From NCBI GenBank assembly GCA_977020255.1, contig CDROCS010000288.1, positions 1,798,001-1,862,000 of the forward strand: a stretch of 64,000 nucleotides of DNA. The letters are read 5' to 3'. The notes beneath the pieces are model-generated. The model searched no databases. It was not told the DNA's origin and was given only the letters and a program-made list of their open reading frames with translations. The DNA is from Obrimoposthia wandeli. Its lineage: Eukaryota. Positions 23,145 to 35,136 of the stretch are shown here, piece after piece (the first letter of the stretch is position 1; each line of letters starts with the position of its first letter). The position numbers were made by a program, and so were the translations under genes.

Positions 23145-25008
23145 TTCCAGCCGGGATTCAGCCGGGATTCAACAAAAACAATTTTTTACTGAGAAATAAA
23201 ACTTCGATGGAACTGAAATTTTGCATGTAATTTGAGATCGATGTCTGGTCACCGTTTCCAAAGTTTCATTCAAAAATATTTATTTCTTCCGGAGATATTC
23301 TCCACCAACCCAGGTTCTACCAGCATTTATACATTTCTGAAACTAAATATCGAAATGTCAATTTCCGGCTCGCGCAACCGCCGAACACAAACCGCTGAAA
23401 TTTGGCAAGCAATTTGTGATCGATGTCTGGCCACCGTTTCCAAAGTTTCATTCAACAAAAAAGTTCAAGGGTCCAAAGATATGACTCAATAATCTTAAAA
23501 ACTTTATAAGACCTTGTCAGTGGTATATATAATTTTGTTAAATTTCTTAAAACCAAGCTATTTAGTGGGTTTAACACAATCTAATGTTAATTATTCAATC
23601 CGTTCAATGGTTCTAGAGATATGAGGTACCAAAAGTCTATATTTAGGGGAAAATGTTGAAGTATTAAAACAAAACATCTGATTCTTTCTAAAACTTAATG
23701 CAAAGTAGGAATAGATATTTGCAAGTGTTTAAATCCATCTGTAAGACAATCAAAGTTGTAATTGTTGCTAAAGTTTGGATCTAAAGGGCAAATGGGCAAC
23801 TCTTAGGAATCGTGGGACCATTATTGATGGAAAGGTATGGATAATTTTAATAAACAATGATAGCCATTTCCATTGGTCTTATTGGTATCTCTATTCTGTG
23901 TGAACTTTAACTTCATAGCACTGTCTAAATAACCTACACTGAGTGGTACATTTACTATCTCTGATATAGTGAGGGGAGATGTTGGTCAATGCGGATCTCC
24001 TCAACCACGAGTCATATTGACAAACGGCTTTTTGTATAGTGTTCAGGATACTCTAGTCTATGTTTCTGGAAGATTTCAATACGGGGGATATTATTGGGCC
24101 AATGTTTTATCAATGGTCAAAATATGGTACTACAAGGTTCATTTTCGATAATTTTCAATCCTAATGGAGCAATATGGATAGCACCATCGTGTTCCTGATC
24201 ATCGATATAGTATATAAGGAATATAAAAAATGTGAGGAAATATATTGGTAGAATGAATATATTAATAAGACAAATGGAAATGACTATCATTGTTTATTAA
24301 AATTATCCATACCTTTCCATCAATCCCACGTTTCCTAAGAGTTGCCCACTTGGCTTTTAGATCCAAACTTTAGCAACAATTACAACTCCGATTGTCTTAC
24401 AGATGGATTTAAACACTTGCAAATATCTATTCCTACTTTGCATTAAGTTTTAGAAAGAATCAGATGTTTTGTTTTAATACTTCAACATTTTCTCCTTAAT
24501 ATAGACTTTTGGTACCTCATATCTCTAGAACCATTGAACGGATTGAATAATTAACATAAGATTGTGTTTAACCCACTAAATGTTATGGTTTTAAGGAATA
24601 AAAATAAATTATATATACCACTGACAAGGTTTTATAAAGGTTTTAAGATTATTGAGTCATATCTTTGGACCCTTGAATTTTTTTTGTTGAATGAAACTTT
24701 GGAAATGGTGGCCAGACATCGATCACAAATTGTTTGCCAAAATACAGCGGTTTGTGTTCGGCGGTTGCGCGAGCCGGAAATTGACATTTCGATATTTAGT
24801 TTCAGAAATGTATAAATGCTGGTAGAACCTGGGTTGGTGGAGAATATCTCCGGAAGGAATAAATATTTTTGAATGAAACTTTGGAAACGGTGACCAGACA
24901 TCGATCTCAAATTGCATGCATAATTTCAGTTCCATCGGAGTTTTATTTCTTAGTGAAATAATATTTTATTTGAATCCCGGATGAATCCCGGATGAATCCC
25001 GGCTGGAA
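23145..25008. mobile_element. Fold-back / non-autonomous DNA element with ~740-bp inverted arms and a ~380-bp spacer
   Basis: Arms 23145-23883 and 24265-25008 are reverse complements (TTCCAGCCGGGATTCA...TGAATCCCGGCTGGAA); the same ORF appears on opposite strands (23232..23492 +, 24632..24910 -); no TSD identified. Confidence 0.85.
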
Positions 25009-28000
25009 AAGATGACGTCATATACGTATATAGGCGAATGGACAGTCTACCACATTTTGCGAGTTTATAGTGTTACCAAAGGATATATGAAATATATGAA
25101 AAATTTCAAGTTACAAATCTAATTATTTTTTTGTCTATTAGAATGAGACATTACAAATTTTTGATCTGTGGGAGTTTCATTACATTGACAAAATCAATAA
25201 GAATGAAATTATTTTACATTGATTTAAGACTATTACTTGGAGAGTTGTTTAGGTCATACATATAGCAGCTAACTATAGATGAATTAATAGGCAATGGCAC
25301 TTTTTCTTGACATGTTGTTAAACAATTTTAAATAGCATTTCCAATATTAATGTCAAGTTCAATATGTTCAAGCAACTTTGATTACGTTCTTATGTGTTCT
25401 CTGCTAAAACTGTAATTTTGAATTTGATATGAAAGTTATTTGTGTGTGATATAAGACCGTTTTACGAGATTGTATAACTAAAACATGATTTTTAAAGAAT
25501 TTTTTATCATTGTTTTTATATAATTAAAATACTTTTATTTCAGCTGGCCAATCATTTCTTGGATGAAAAAGATTGTATCCTTTTAGTTACTTTCTTTTTT
25601 TTATATTTTCGAAGTTACATAGTATTATTTATCAAAAACCTTTCTCTGAAATTAATGAAATTTATTTTTATTAGGGTTGATGAATATGAGGTAAATTAGG
25701 TCACAGTTAAAAATTGTCTATTTAAATATTTTTTACTTATTTTATGTCAAACTTATTTTGTATAAATCAGTGTGAAACGCTTATCAAGTTAGCTATATTT
25801 TGTTAAACGTACGTTTGTTTAAGTACTTTTTATTAGTTAAAAATGTTTTATAAAATAGCTAGATTTTTTTTCTCATACATTAAAATTAATTTTGATATGC
25901 AGCAGAAAATTGTAATGTATAATTTAGAAAATGAACAAAAGTAGACCTTCTGTTAGACTCTATCCCTTCATAACCAATTTACTCTGTAATTAATAATTTA
26001 TAGTTAAGAAAGGGAATAGTTCAAAATTGACTTCTTTTTATTATATGCAGTAATTTAGAAATTTGACAAATATTTTTTGATAAATGATTTGTAAATTTTA
26101 CTGATAATATTTGGAAATGAACCCACTGCGATAAAGGATAATGGAGAGTGAGCAATTTTGGATCGCTGCACACACACACATTGCTGGAGGTGGCAACAAC
26201 ACGAATTAAATTTACTTTGTACGTTAAAACAAATTTAGACAAAAATCAAATTGAGAAAAGAGTTTCAGTGATTTAATAATTATTATTTAAATCATAGGGT
26301 AATACGTAAAATATACGAAATTATGCAACTAAAATAAGAAACCAAATGTGATGTATATATTCATGAAAATTTATATGAATGAAGAAGTGATTTTTTTAAA
26401 GATGAACTATTGAAATGACCAAATAATCTATAAAATCACTTAAAATATTGCATATAGGACATGAAAAGACATGAAAAGAGCATAAAATAGTGTTACAATT
26501 TACAATTTTTAAATCAGAAATACAATTATTATTTATAACTTTTAGAAACCATTTTTATTTGAATAAAATCATTATGAGCAAGAGTGGGTAAAACTTTGAG
26601 ACTATGTGTCAAGTTGAATTCTTGAAGCTTTATAATTATTGATATCTTACTATTTAAAATTTACTATTCTTAACATAAATGAATTTTTATTGTAAATTTA
26701 TAATTAAACTGTTTTTTAACCATTTTAATTCTTTTAATATGCATTTCTGTGTTTTTCCACCATCAACGTACACCAAGCTTAAACTAGTCACTTTGTAATC
26801 AGTAGTTTTTGATATGAACGTTATTTTAAAACCTTTTGAATTTGGGGTTATTGTTTATTTTTCTTAGAACAGATTATTTTCTTATAAATATTTTTACTCA
26901 ATTAAAATCAAAAAGATGAAAAGTCTGTCCACTTTATTCAAGCCGAACGACTTTATTACGAGTCAGCCTTGTTGGATACTGCTGCATTTCAGAAGAAAAT
27001 TAACGGTTTGTTATTTCTGATTATCCATAAGTATTTATCCATTATTCAATTAAAAATTTTATATTTACATCATAAATGGGATTTTTAATAATGATTTTTT
27101 AAAATCTATGAATTTTCATTCAAATAAAAAGAAAATAGACAGATATGATTAAAATTGGTGCACCGAATTCTTCTTTACACATTCAACGTAATTTAAAAAT
27201 TAACCAAATTGATTATGGCTTAAATGATAAAAATTATTACAGTATTTTTTTACTTAATCAAAATTTTATTTAATGATCGTTTTTTTGTATTTCTATCATA
27301 TTTTACGTTTAAATTTTCGATTTTGTTTAATTAATTTTTGTTTAAGAACGAGAGAGAAAAAATTTAATTTACGGTAGTATTTTTTTCATTACAGTTATGA
27401 ATATAAAAAAAACAGAAAATCTTACACACTAGAGCAGAAAAAAGTTAAGTTATCATGAAAATTTTCTAAACACGTTGCTATCTTTAGCGAATAAATTTAA
27501 ACTGCTTATTGGAACAATAAACACCATTATCAAGAACAGAGAAAAATATAAACATATCTAAAAACTCTAAGAAAAACATCGTCAAGACAGAGGTCATTTA
27601 GTGACTAATGATATGCTTCAGTTTATGGCCATCAATATTGCAATTAAATGTGGTTTTACATATCTTAAAGGGTTTACCAGTTGGGTTACTCGCTTCAAAG
27701 AGCATAACAGTTTTTAATATTATGGTTCAATTCTCACAGTATTTTTTGAGAAAAAATTTCATAATATTATTTAATAGACGCCCTGAAATATTCATTAAAT
27801 GAAAAAATTTCATTATTTTATTTAATGAACGCCCTGAAATATTCATTAAATGAAAAAATAACTGTAGTAGGTAGATGTGGCACTTCTGGAACAAAGCCCC
27901 CATGCAATTAAATCTAATATATACAATTAAGAAAACCCTGATCAAATCTTTGCTTTCAAAAAGGTGAAAATTGTCTTGGAATATAAATAGGAGAAAAAAT

Positions 28001-28089
28001 GGCCGTGATTTTACTATCAAACATTATTGTTCAACAGAAGATTATCAATATCGTTTTTGACACCAAGGTTAAAATAATTTCGAAAATAT

Positions 28090-29631
28090 CTACAGATGCT
28101 TTACAGATGAAGGGCCAGCTATGTTTGAGATGGAATCTGGATTTCAAGTTCAAGTAAAAGGCATTGATTATATTATTCATCGTAAGGCTTAACAACACTT
28201 GTAGCTCCACTAGGGAAGGTTTTGAAGCAAACAATTCAAATTGTGAATTATGTTGAAGAAGGAGCTCTCAATTGTTGACTTTTCAAGCAGTTTTGTATTG
28301 ATTTGAATACAGGCTTTTTTTTCTTAAAAAAATGTTTTACATGAAGGGTTTTAAGATGAAATGTAATCGAGCAAATATTTGAGCTAACTCAAATTATTTT
28401 CCAAATTAAGGGTAATATAGATTTTTTTACCAACCAAAAATAGATCATGTCCATTTCTTATTTGGTTGACAATTTTGAACAGATGAATAAACTGAAATTT
28501 CAAATACACAGAAAAAATAAAAATATCATAAAATTTATATATTTCTTAAAAGCTTTCATGAGCAGGCTGAGAAATTGGAAAAGAAACATCAAAATAAAAT
28601 GTCTTAATGTTTGATAAACTATCATAAATTCTTGTTCATAGTGAAGACAAGGAGATATCAAAACAAGTAAAATGCATGACATTGTGTAGTATTGCAAAAC
28701 TGAAAAATAAATTTAATCAATATTTACATGAACTCAGTGACGATTAATTGCATTTAGTGGGAAATATATTCAATTAGTCAGTTTATAAAGTTCCTAATGA
28801 TTGTCAAAATGAAATTCTGTAGATGAAGAATGATTCGGAGGTATGAAATGTGTTCATAAAAAAATTATTTATATAATTTCTGCCCTTCAATTGTGATTCT
28901 TACCAGAAAGTGGCAGAAAAAAATATTCATACATTGCTTTCATTTGTTTGACATATTTTTTGGGACAAAATTTTAAATCATATTGCAAATAAAAATAAAG
29001 TAGATTGAAGGTTGAATATAACTGCGTTGTGCACTTACAAGTCCTCATTCACGTTTCCTAAAATTGACAAAGAAAAACAAACACATGCTTCTAATTAACT
29101 GTAATCTTCATAAGAATAAAATTCATTTCAATACTACAGTAATTATTCACCTATAAGGGGTCCCACCTATAAGGGTGTCCGGTCACCGAAAATTTCACGC
29201 TTCACCTATAAGGGTGCCCGGTGACATCTATAAGTGATTCGGTGTCGGTCTCTCTCAAAAACATGTTTTAATGAATACCCTTACAGGTGAATAATTACTG
29301 TATAGCATGCTATTAATATTTTTGTTTATTGAAGTATACTTTAGTTTACTCTGTCAAGTTATTAGTTTGAAATTTAAAAGTTACTGTAAATTCAAGTTTT
29401 TAAAAACTTATCCACATTTTGTTATGATATTAAATCTATAAAACTCTACAATGAAAATAATCCATGGCGATATTTAAATGCTAATATGGAAAAGAATAAA
29501 GATTTAAGAATATATATTATATGATTGATTTATATTATCTGAAATGTATATTTGGAATCAGGAAATGTGAAAATGAAATTCTGTCATATCATCAAAAGCG
29601 TGCATTTTGTAAAAATGGTTGAGAACAACTG
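28090..29631 (+). mobile_element. hAT (Charlie/SPIN-like) transposase pseudogene with 3' TIR
   Basis: FTDEGPAM..SGFQVQVK..IIHR..VLKQTIQIVNY..LNC*LFKQFC; C-terminal YQKVAE..LRCALTS..KQTHASN*; TIR GGTTGAGAACAACTG at 29617-29631 followed by ATCTAAAT. Confidence 0.7.
29137..29300. mobile_element. 164-bp Tc1/pogo-type MITE inserted in the hAT element
   Basis: TIR CAGTAATTATTCACCTATAAGGG / CCCTTACAGGTGAATAATTACTG, TA on both flanks, internal CACCTATAAGGGTG subrepeats. Confidence 0.85.
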
Positions 29632-30485
29632 ATCTAAATGAATGAATTTGTTTAATTTTTTTTAAAATATTAACTTTTAAATTATCTTCAAACATAGTAA
29701 AATGAAGAAACCTTATCGATCGAGATACAATTTAACATTATCTGTAATTGAACCTGTCATAATCCTCTGTAATCAAAAGTACGTAAAAATACCAATTAAT
29801 TATTTCAATTTATATATCCAATATTCTCACAAACATTATTACACAATTTATCAAAATATAGGTGAAAGTCATCATTTGTAATTTTGTTGCCATTTTGAAA
29901 GAGAACTGTATCGATGAATGTTATGAACAGAGATCACTGGAGAAACATACGTAGACTTGCTGCCAGCAGACGACCTGATCAATTCCGAGCATTCAGAATC
30001 AAAGGCGGATAGGATAATAGAGTATGAGTACATAATCAAATATTTTGATGGAACAGACCAGTAAGTTTATGTATAATTACTTGTATACTAAATAAAAGAC
30101 AGTTTATTTCAATTTTTAATCAAAAATGAGTTTTTCAAACTCAAGGTGAAAATTTAAATGAAGTTTTTAACTTTATTTTACTACATGACGTAAAGCAACT
30201 GATATAAGTAAACACATTTAAGGATTTATTATTATTCTTATTTTACTTCAAATTAGTTATGTATTAAATTTATTAAATTTTTGTTGTTAAATTTGCGAAA
30301 ATTCTCTGGAGATAGGGATTTGAAATGAGAATCTGCCTCTAGTATGCTGTGAAGATACTGTGGTAATTTCAACGGAACTAAATTGAACAAAAATATATGC
30401 AAGTTCAATTATCCAATCTTTAATGCATTAACCTAGATGATCTGTAAATATTACCATGTTTCTGATTTTTATTGAGTATTAGGTT

Positions 30486-30557
30486 TTGAATCGGAACTTG
30501 AACCATGGGCCTCACCACTTACAAGTCGTTTATTTCACCTCTGAACTATCGCGGCCC
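30486..30557 (-). pseudogene. tRNA-derived sequence (possibly Thr-TGT pseudogene or SINE head)
   Basis: A-box-like TAGTTCAGAGGT, loop CTTGTAA, B-box-like GGTTCAAGTTCC; acceptor and anticodon stems do not pair. Confidence 0.35.
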
Positions 30558-33500
30558 GTAATCTCTCCCCATAAATGAACTAAGAATTTCTAAAAGGGTA
30601 TTATACACTTACAATTATCTGTAATTGAATTGTGTCAAATATTCATATAAACATGTCTGTTTTGATTTTGGATATTATGTTACAGAAATGAAATTGCTAT
30701 AAAATCTACAACTACTAACAAAATCGAAATGTAGTGATGTATTTATAAATCTAACAACCTTCTTCAAACTCAAAAGACTTCTAAATTATCGAAAGATGTA
30801 AAATAATGCTATATAAAAAATTACTTTGCATATATGTATTTAACTACATAATATCATTAAGTTATTAGATTATCTATTTAAAGAAATTTTGCAACTATAT
30901 TAAAATGAACAGTTAAGTATAAGTCAATTACTGTGACCACATCCTTTTTAATGTCTAATTTTTCAAAAAATAATGAAAGTAATTAGGATACTCTGTGGCA
31001 AAGAAAATTGCTAGAAATTTTTTAATCAGGTCATTCATTACATGCTCGTGAGGACATTGAGATTTGTTGAAGATGCCCGCTCAATCCGGTCATCACATAT
31101 TTTTCAAAGTAAATTTACTGTAACATTTAAGCAAATCTTTAATAAATGTATGGTCTATTTGAAAAAAGTTATTTTTTGAATTAGACCATGGCACCTTAAA
31201 ATACATTATATGTGTTTGAATACAGACCAGACTTAGCGTTAGTTTATGCTGAAAAGTTATTGAAAATGAAGCAATGTATACTTGGACCTCATCACCCATT
31301 GACAATTCAAACTGTGAACGAGATTGAACTATTCAAAACAAACTATCTGATGGAAAATCAAAGTAATTTTCATTTTTCTACATTTATACTTACATAATAA
31401 CATAATCAGATAAAATATATTTACAAAAAAGTATTGAATAGTACGTTTCGACACTGGGGAATGAAAACAAGTGTAGTAATATGTTCACAAGTCACTTGTA
31501 AGCGTTATTTCCTTTTGCCAATATTTATTCACAACTTCATTGCGTATCAATTTAGAAATTTTATGAGCAAGTAAAGTAAGGTTTCAAAATTTCAGTCATG
31601 CAAATCGAAATTATCAATTTAGTTCTTTTTGATTATTTTTGTCTTATATCACTGAGCCTTATATAAAAGAAATTATGGCAGGGAAATTTAAAACTATTTA
31701 AGATAGAACAATTTGATATTTCTCATTATTCTAATGTATATATTTATCAGAGATTTTTCAAATATTCAACCGATAAAAATAAATTGAAAGGAATTTTACA
31801 ACATTTGTGTATTGGCTGACTAGGTTTGACAAAACAAATAACATGGCTTCGTCAACTGTTATCACAGCTGCTTCCTGCGTAAATTCGTGTGTAAAGTTTA
31901 TGCATGGCACTAACTCCATGGTACAATATCTGGTGAAAGATCTAAAAAAGAGTTAATCGTAACTATTTACCTAAACTGTCACCGATATTTAAAAATCAGT
32001 GAATTAACGCTTTCTTTTTTGTTACCCATCAGAAAATTCTATATCGCTGTTTTTTTTAAAGAATTTTTATGTTATTTGAAAATGAAATTGTACAATGTAC
32101 ATGTTGCAATATCCAATTTTTATAAAATGTCCATAGAATTTATATTGTCTTATCAACTTTTTTCAATTATATTGTCAGAAAAAGTACCTGGATATACTTT
32201 GAATTAGAAAATTGTCTGTACATCGTGAGACAATGTTAACTTACTGTGTATAAATTCATACGATCAACTAACAATTTATTTATAATTGTCAATTCACAGC
32301 TCGTACTCTTAACTCACAATAACAATACTCTCCACCAAAAATCACATAAACACAAACTATGGCCATTTACAAAATGTTTGACTATTTTATAGCCATACAA
32401 ACACACTCTAAAGTGCAAGATACGAAGCTCAAACCGGCTTATTGGTCATTTCTCCAATTAGCCCGGCCTCTCAACCAAATGACTCTGTATTCTTGCTGAA
32501 TCATATTATGAAATTTACTTATAGTACATTTAATAATATAAATTTCCAACCTCTACATAAATCTTTCTGTTTTGAACTATACTCTTTTTTATTATTTTTT
32601 AATAAAAATGTACTAAATTTGTTAAGAAGTAACTAGTAATTTTATAAAAGTGCATTTTTGTAAAAAGTTAGTAAACAGTAAACCATAATCTCAAATAAAC
32701 ATATTTCTTTAAAAAAAATTATTAAAGTAAAGAAAGTACACTGAATATGATGACATTGAAGATCTAATTACTTTTCAATTTTCATAACTTCAATATTTAA
32801 GTTTCAAAATAAATTTATGTTAATTTTATGTATCATTTTGTTTATTTTCATTTAATTTTATTCGTTTATTATTAGTGTTTGTTTATAATTTCAGTGTTAT
32901 GAAAAGTGAAACTTACCTTTTGATTTAACTAAATTTAAGTTTGTAAGTTAGGAAATATAAATATAACCAGACTTACGATGTTATAGTTTCTGGTGTAATA
33001 AGATTTCACAGTTTATTTCGTTATTTATATTACGAGCTAATTTACAAAATGAAATAATCTGTGGTTGTTTCGTATCGAATTCTTTATAACCTTTTCAACC
33101 TTCTTTTACAAATTGTGATTAGTTATAAGATATTAAGTACAATAATAAAATTTTTGTTGAAGTCTGAAATCAGAACATCGAAAATCTGTTAACTTTCTAT
33201 TTTCATAAATTCGAAGCCTAAATTTTGAATTTTCGAGTAATCAAAACTTACATTTCATATTTTTTAAATTAGAAACTCTGATAATAAATTTTAAAAATTT
33301 TAAAAATATCATTATTATACTAAATAATAGCAAAATTATATTAGGTTTGCTTTATTCAAAATAATTTCAACTAATCCATTTTATTTCCTAAGGAATTAAT
33401 TTAAAGGTTTAGAGCAGCGGTTCCCAACCTGTGGGTAGCGACCCCAACTGGGGTCGCCTGACAATTTGCCTGGAGTTGCCTAAGGCAGCAAGGCCTTTTA

Positions 33501-33916
33501 AAAAGTTGTTTTATGATACCGAATGTCCTTGTGTTGTATTCTCGCTGTAATATCACTATTATCTAATTATAATGGTCAATTAACTCATATTCTACCAAGT
33601 TAGACAAAGTTGAAGATGTTCCTGAGAATGCACAAGAGGAGTTCATTGAACTCATTACCAGCGATGCAACAAAAACTGATTTTTCTTCAATATCAGTTAC
33701 CAAATTTTGGATCAAGAGTTTGCAGTCATATCCTGTTCTGTCTGAGATCGCATTGCGCCTGATTCTTCCTTTTCCAACAACATACCTTTGTGAAACAGGC
33801 TTTTCAAGCTTGTTGGTTATCAAATCTAAATACAGGAGCAGAAGATGATCTGCGTTGTGCTCTTGCAAAGACTGCTCCAAGGATTTCAGATCTGGCGAGA
33901 AAGAAGCAATCACAGT

Positions 33917-35075
33917 AGTAGGTAGAAGGATGGAGTCTAGACCACTTGACCCCCCCTGTGTGCGCACAGAATGTTAAAGGATTTTTTCACCATAAGGGTG
34001 TCACACCATAAGGGTATATGTTGCCTCACCATAGAAATGTCACACCATGAAGGTATATGTTGACTCACCATAACGATGTCTTGCAACACCATAAGGGTCT
34101 GGCTCAGAAAGGTTAAGATAGAGGGGAGGGAGGAAGGGTCAATTGATCTAGTCTCCACCCTTCTTTGGTATACCATTAAAGGGTTGTGATCGTCCATAAT
34201 TTAAAGGGTCAGGCATAGTTTTGACTTGAAGGTTTTAAGGTATGGTCATGACCGTCTATGGTTGGCCATCACATCTAAAGGGTTGTGGTTGTCCATAAAT
34301 CAAAGGGTTAGACTCAGTTTTGACTTGAAACTTTGAAGGTATAATTAAGGTCAACTTTGGTTGGCCATCACATCTAAATGGTTGTGCTCGTCCATAAATC
34401 AAAGGGTCAATGTCAGTTTTGACTTGAAACTTTGAAGGTATAATTTAGGTCAACTATGGTTGGCCATCACATCTACAGGGTCATGGTCGTCCATAGGTCA
34501 AAGGGTCCGGCTAATTTTTTTTTTTTAAATATCAAGGTTTTAGTACATGGTTGTAATCATCTTTAGAAGGTGAATTCACCCATAAAGTATGGCCGTCCAT
34601 AAATCAAAGGGTCGAGCTATAGACCAAATCAAGTTTTAAATGTCAAGGTTTGAATACATGGTTGTAATCATCTTTAGAAGACGAATTCATCCATATATGT
34701 ATGGTCGTCCATAGATGAAGGGTTAAAGAAAAGTTGGAATTTCATAGTTTCAAGTACATGGTTGTATTTGTCAACATATTACGCGTTTATTCATGTAAAA
34801 TTTTTATGGTCGTTCACAAGGTAAGGGTTAGATTTGGCATAAATTAAGAAATTATATAGTGTTCAATCAATTATTCTATGTGAAAGTTCACTCTTAAAAG
34901 TTAAGGAATGTATTACGTAATCACACATACACTATTCTATGTGAAAATTTAGTATAAAGTTCACTCTTATCAGTTAAGGAATGTATTACGTAATCATACA
35001 CACACTATTATATGTGAAAATTTAGATCAATATTTTTTCCTAGGCTTACACATCCAAAGAATTATGTTAAAATTT
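33917..35075 (+). repeat. Polinton left TIR with internal tandem subrepeats
   Basis: Reverse complement of 45688-46537 plus extra subrepeat copies (e.g. GGTTGGCCATCACATCTAAAGGG units). Confidence 0.9.
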
Positions 35076-35136
35076 ATAGTAAATCAAAAATAAATAAGAA
35101 AGAAGTCAGAGAATAATACAAAATTAAACACATTTA

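Noticed and set aside
23232-24935. Duplicated 86-92 aa ORF on opposite strands
   Set aside because: Explained by the inverted arms of the fold-back element; no protein motif
30486-30557. Functional tRNA gene
   Set aside because: Acceptor and anticodon stems do not pair; kept only as a low-confidence pseudogene
29900-32500. Possible host exons (donor GTAAGT at ~30061, ILGPHHPLT TPR-like peptide at 31212-31397, small GT-AG gap near 31940-31970 on the minus strand)
   Set aside because: Could not assemble a consistent reading frame or recognise a product; needs RNA-seq
33563-34197. Minus-strand ORFs 33563..33967 and 33937..34197, and the mirror ORF 46345..46554
   Set aside because: Antisense to the hAT remnant, or lying within Polinton TIR subrepeats
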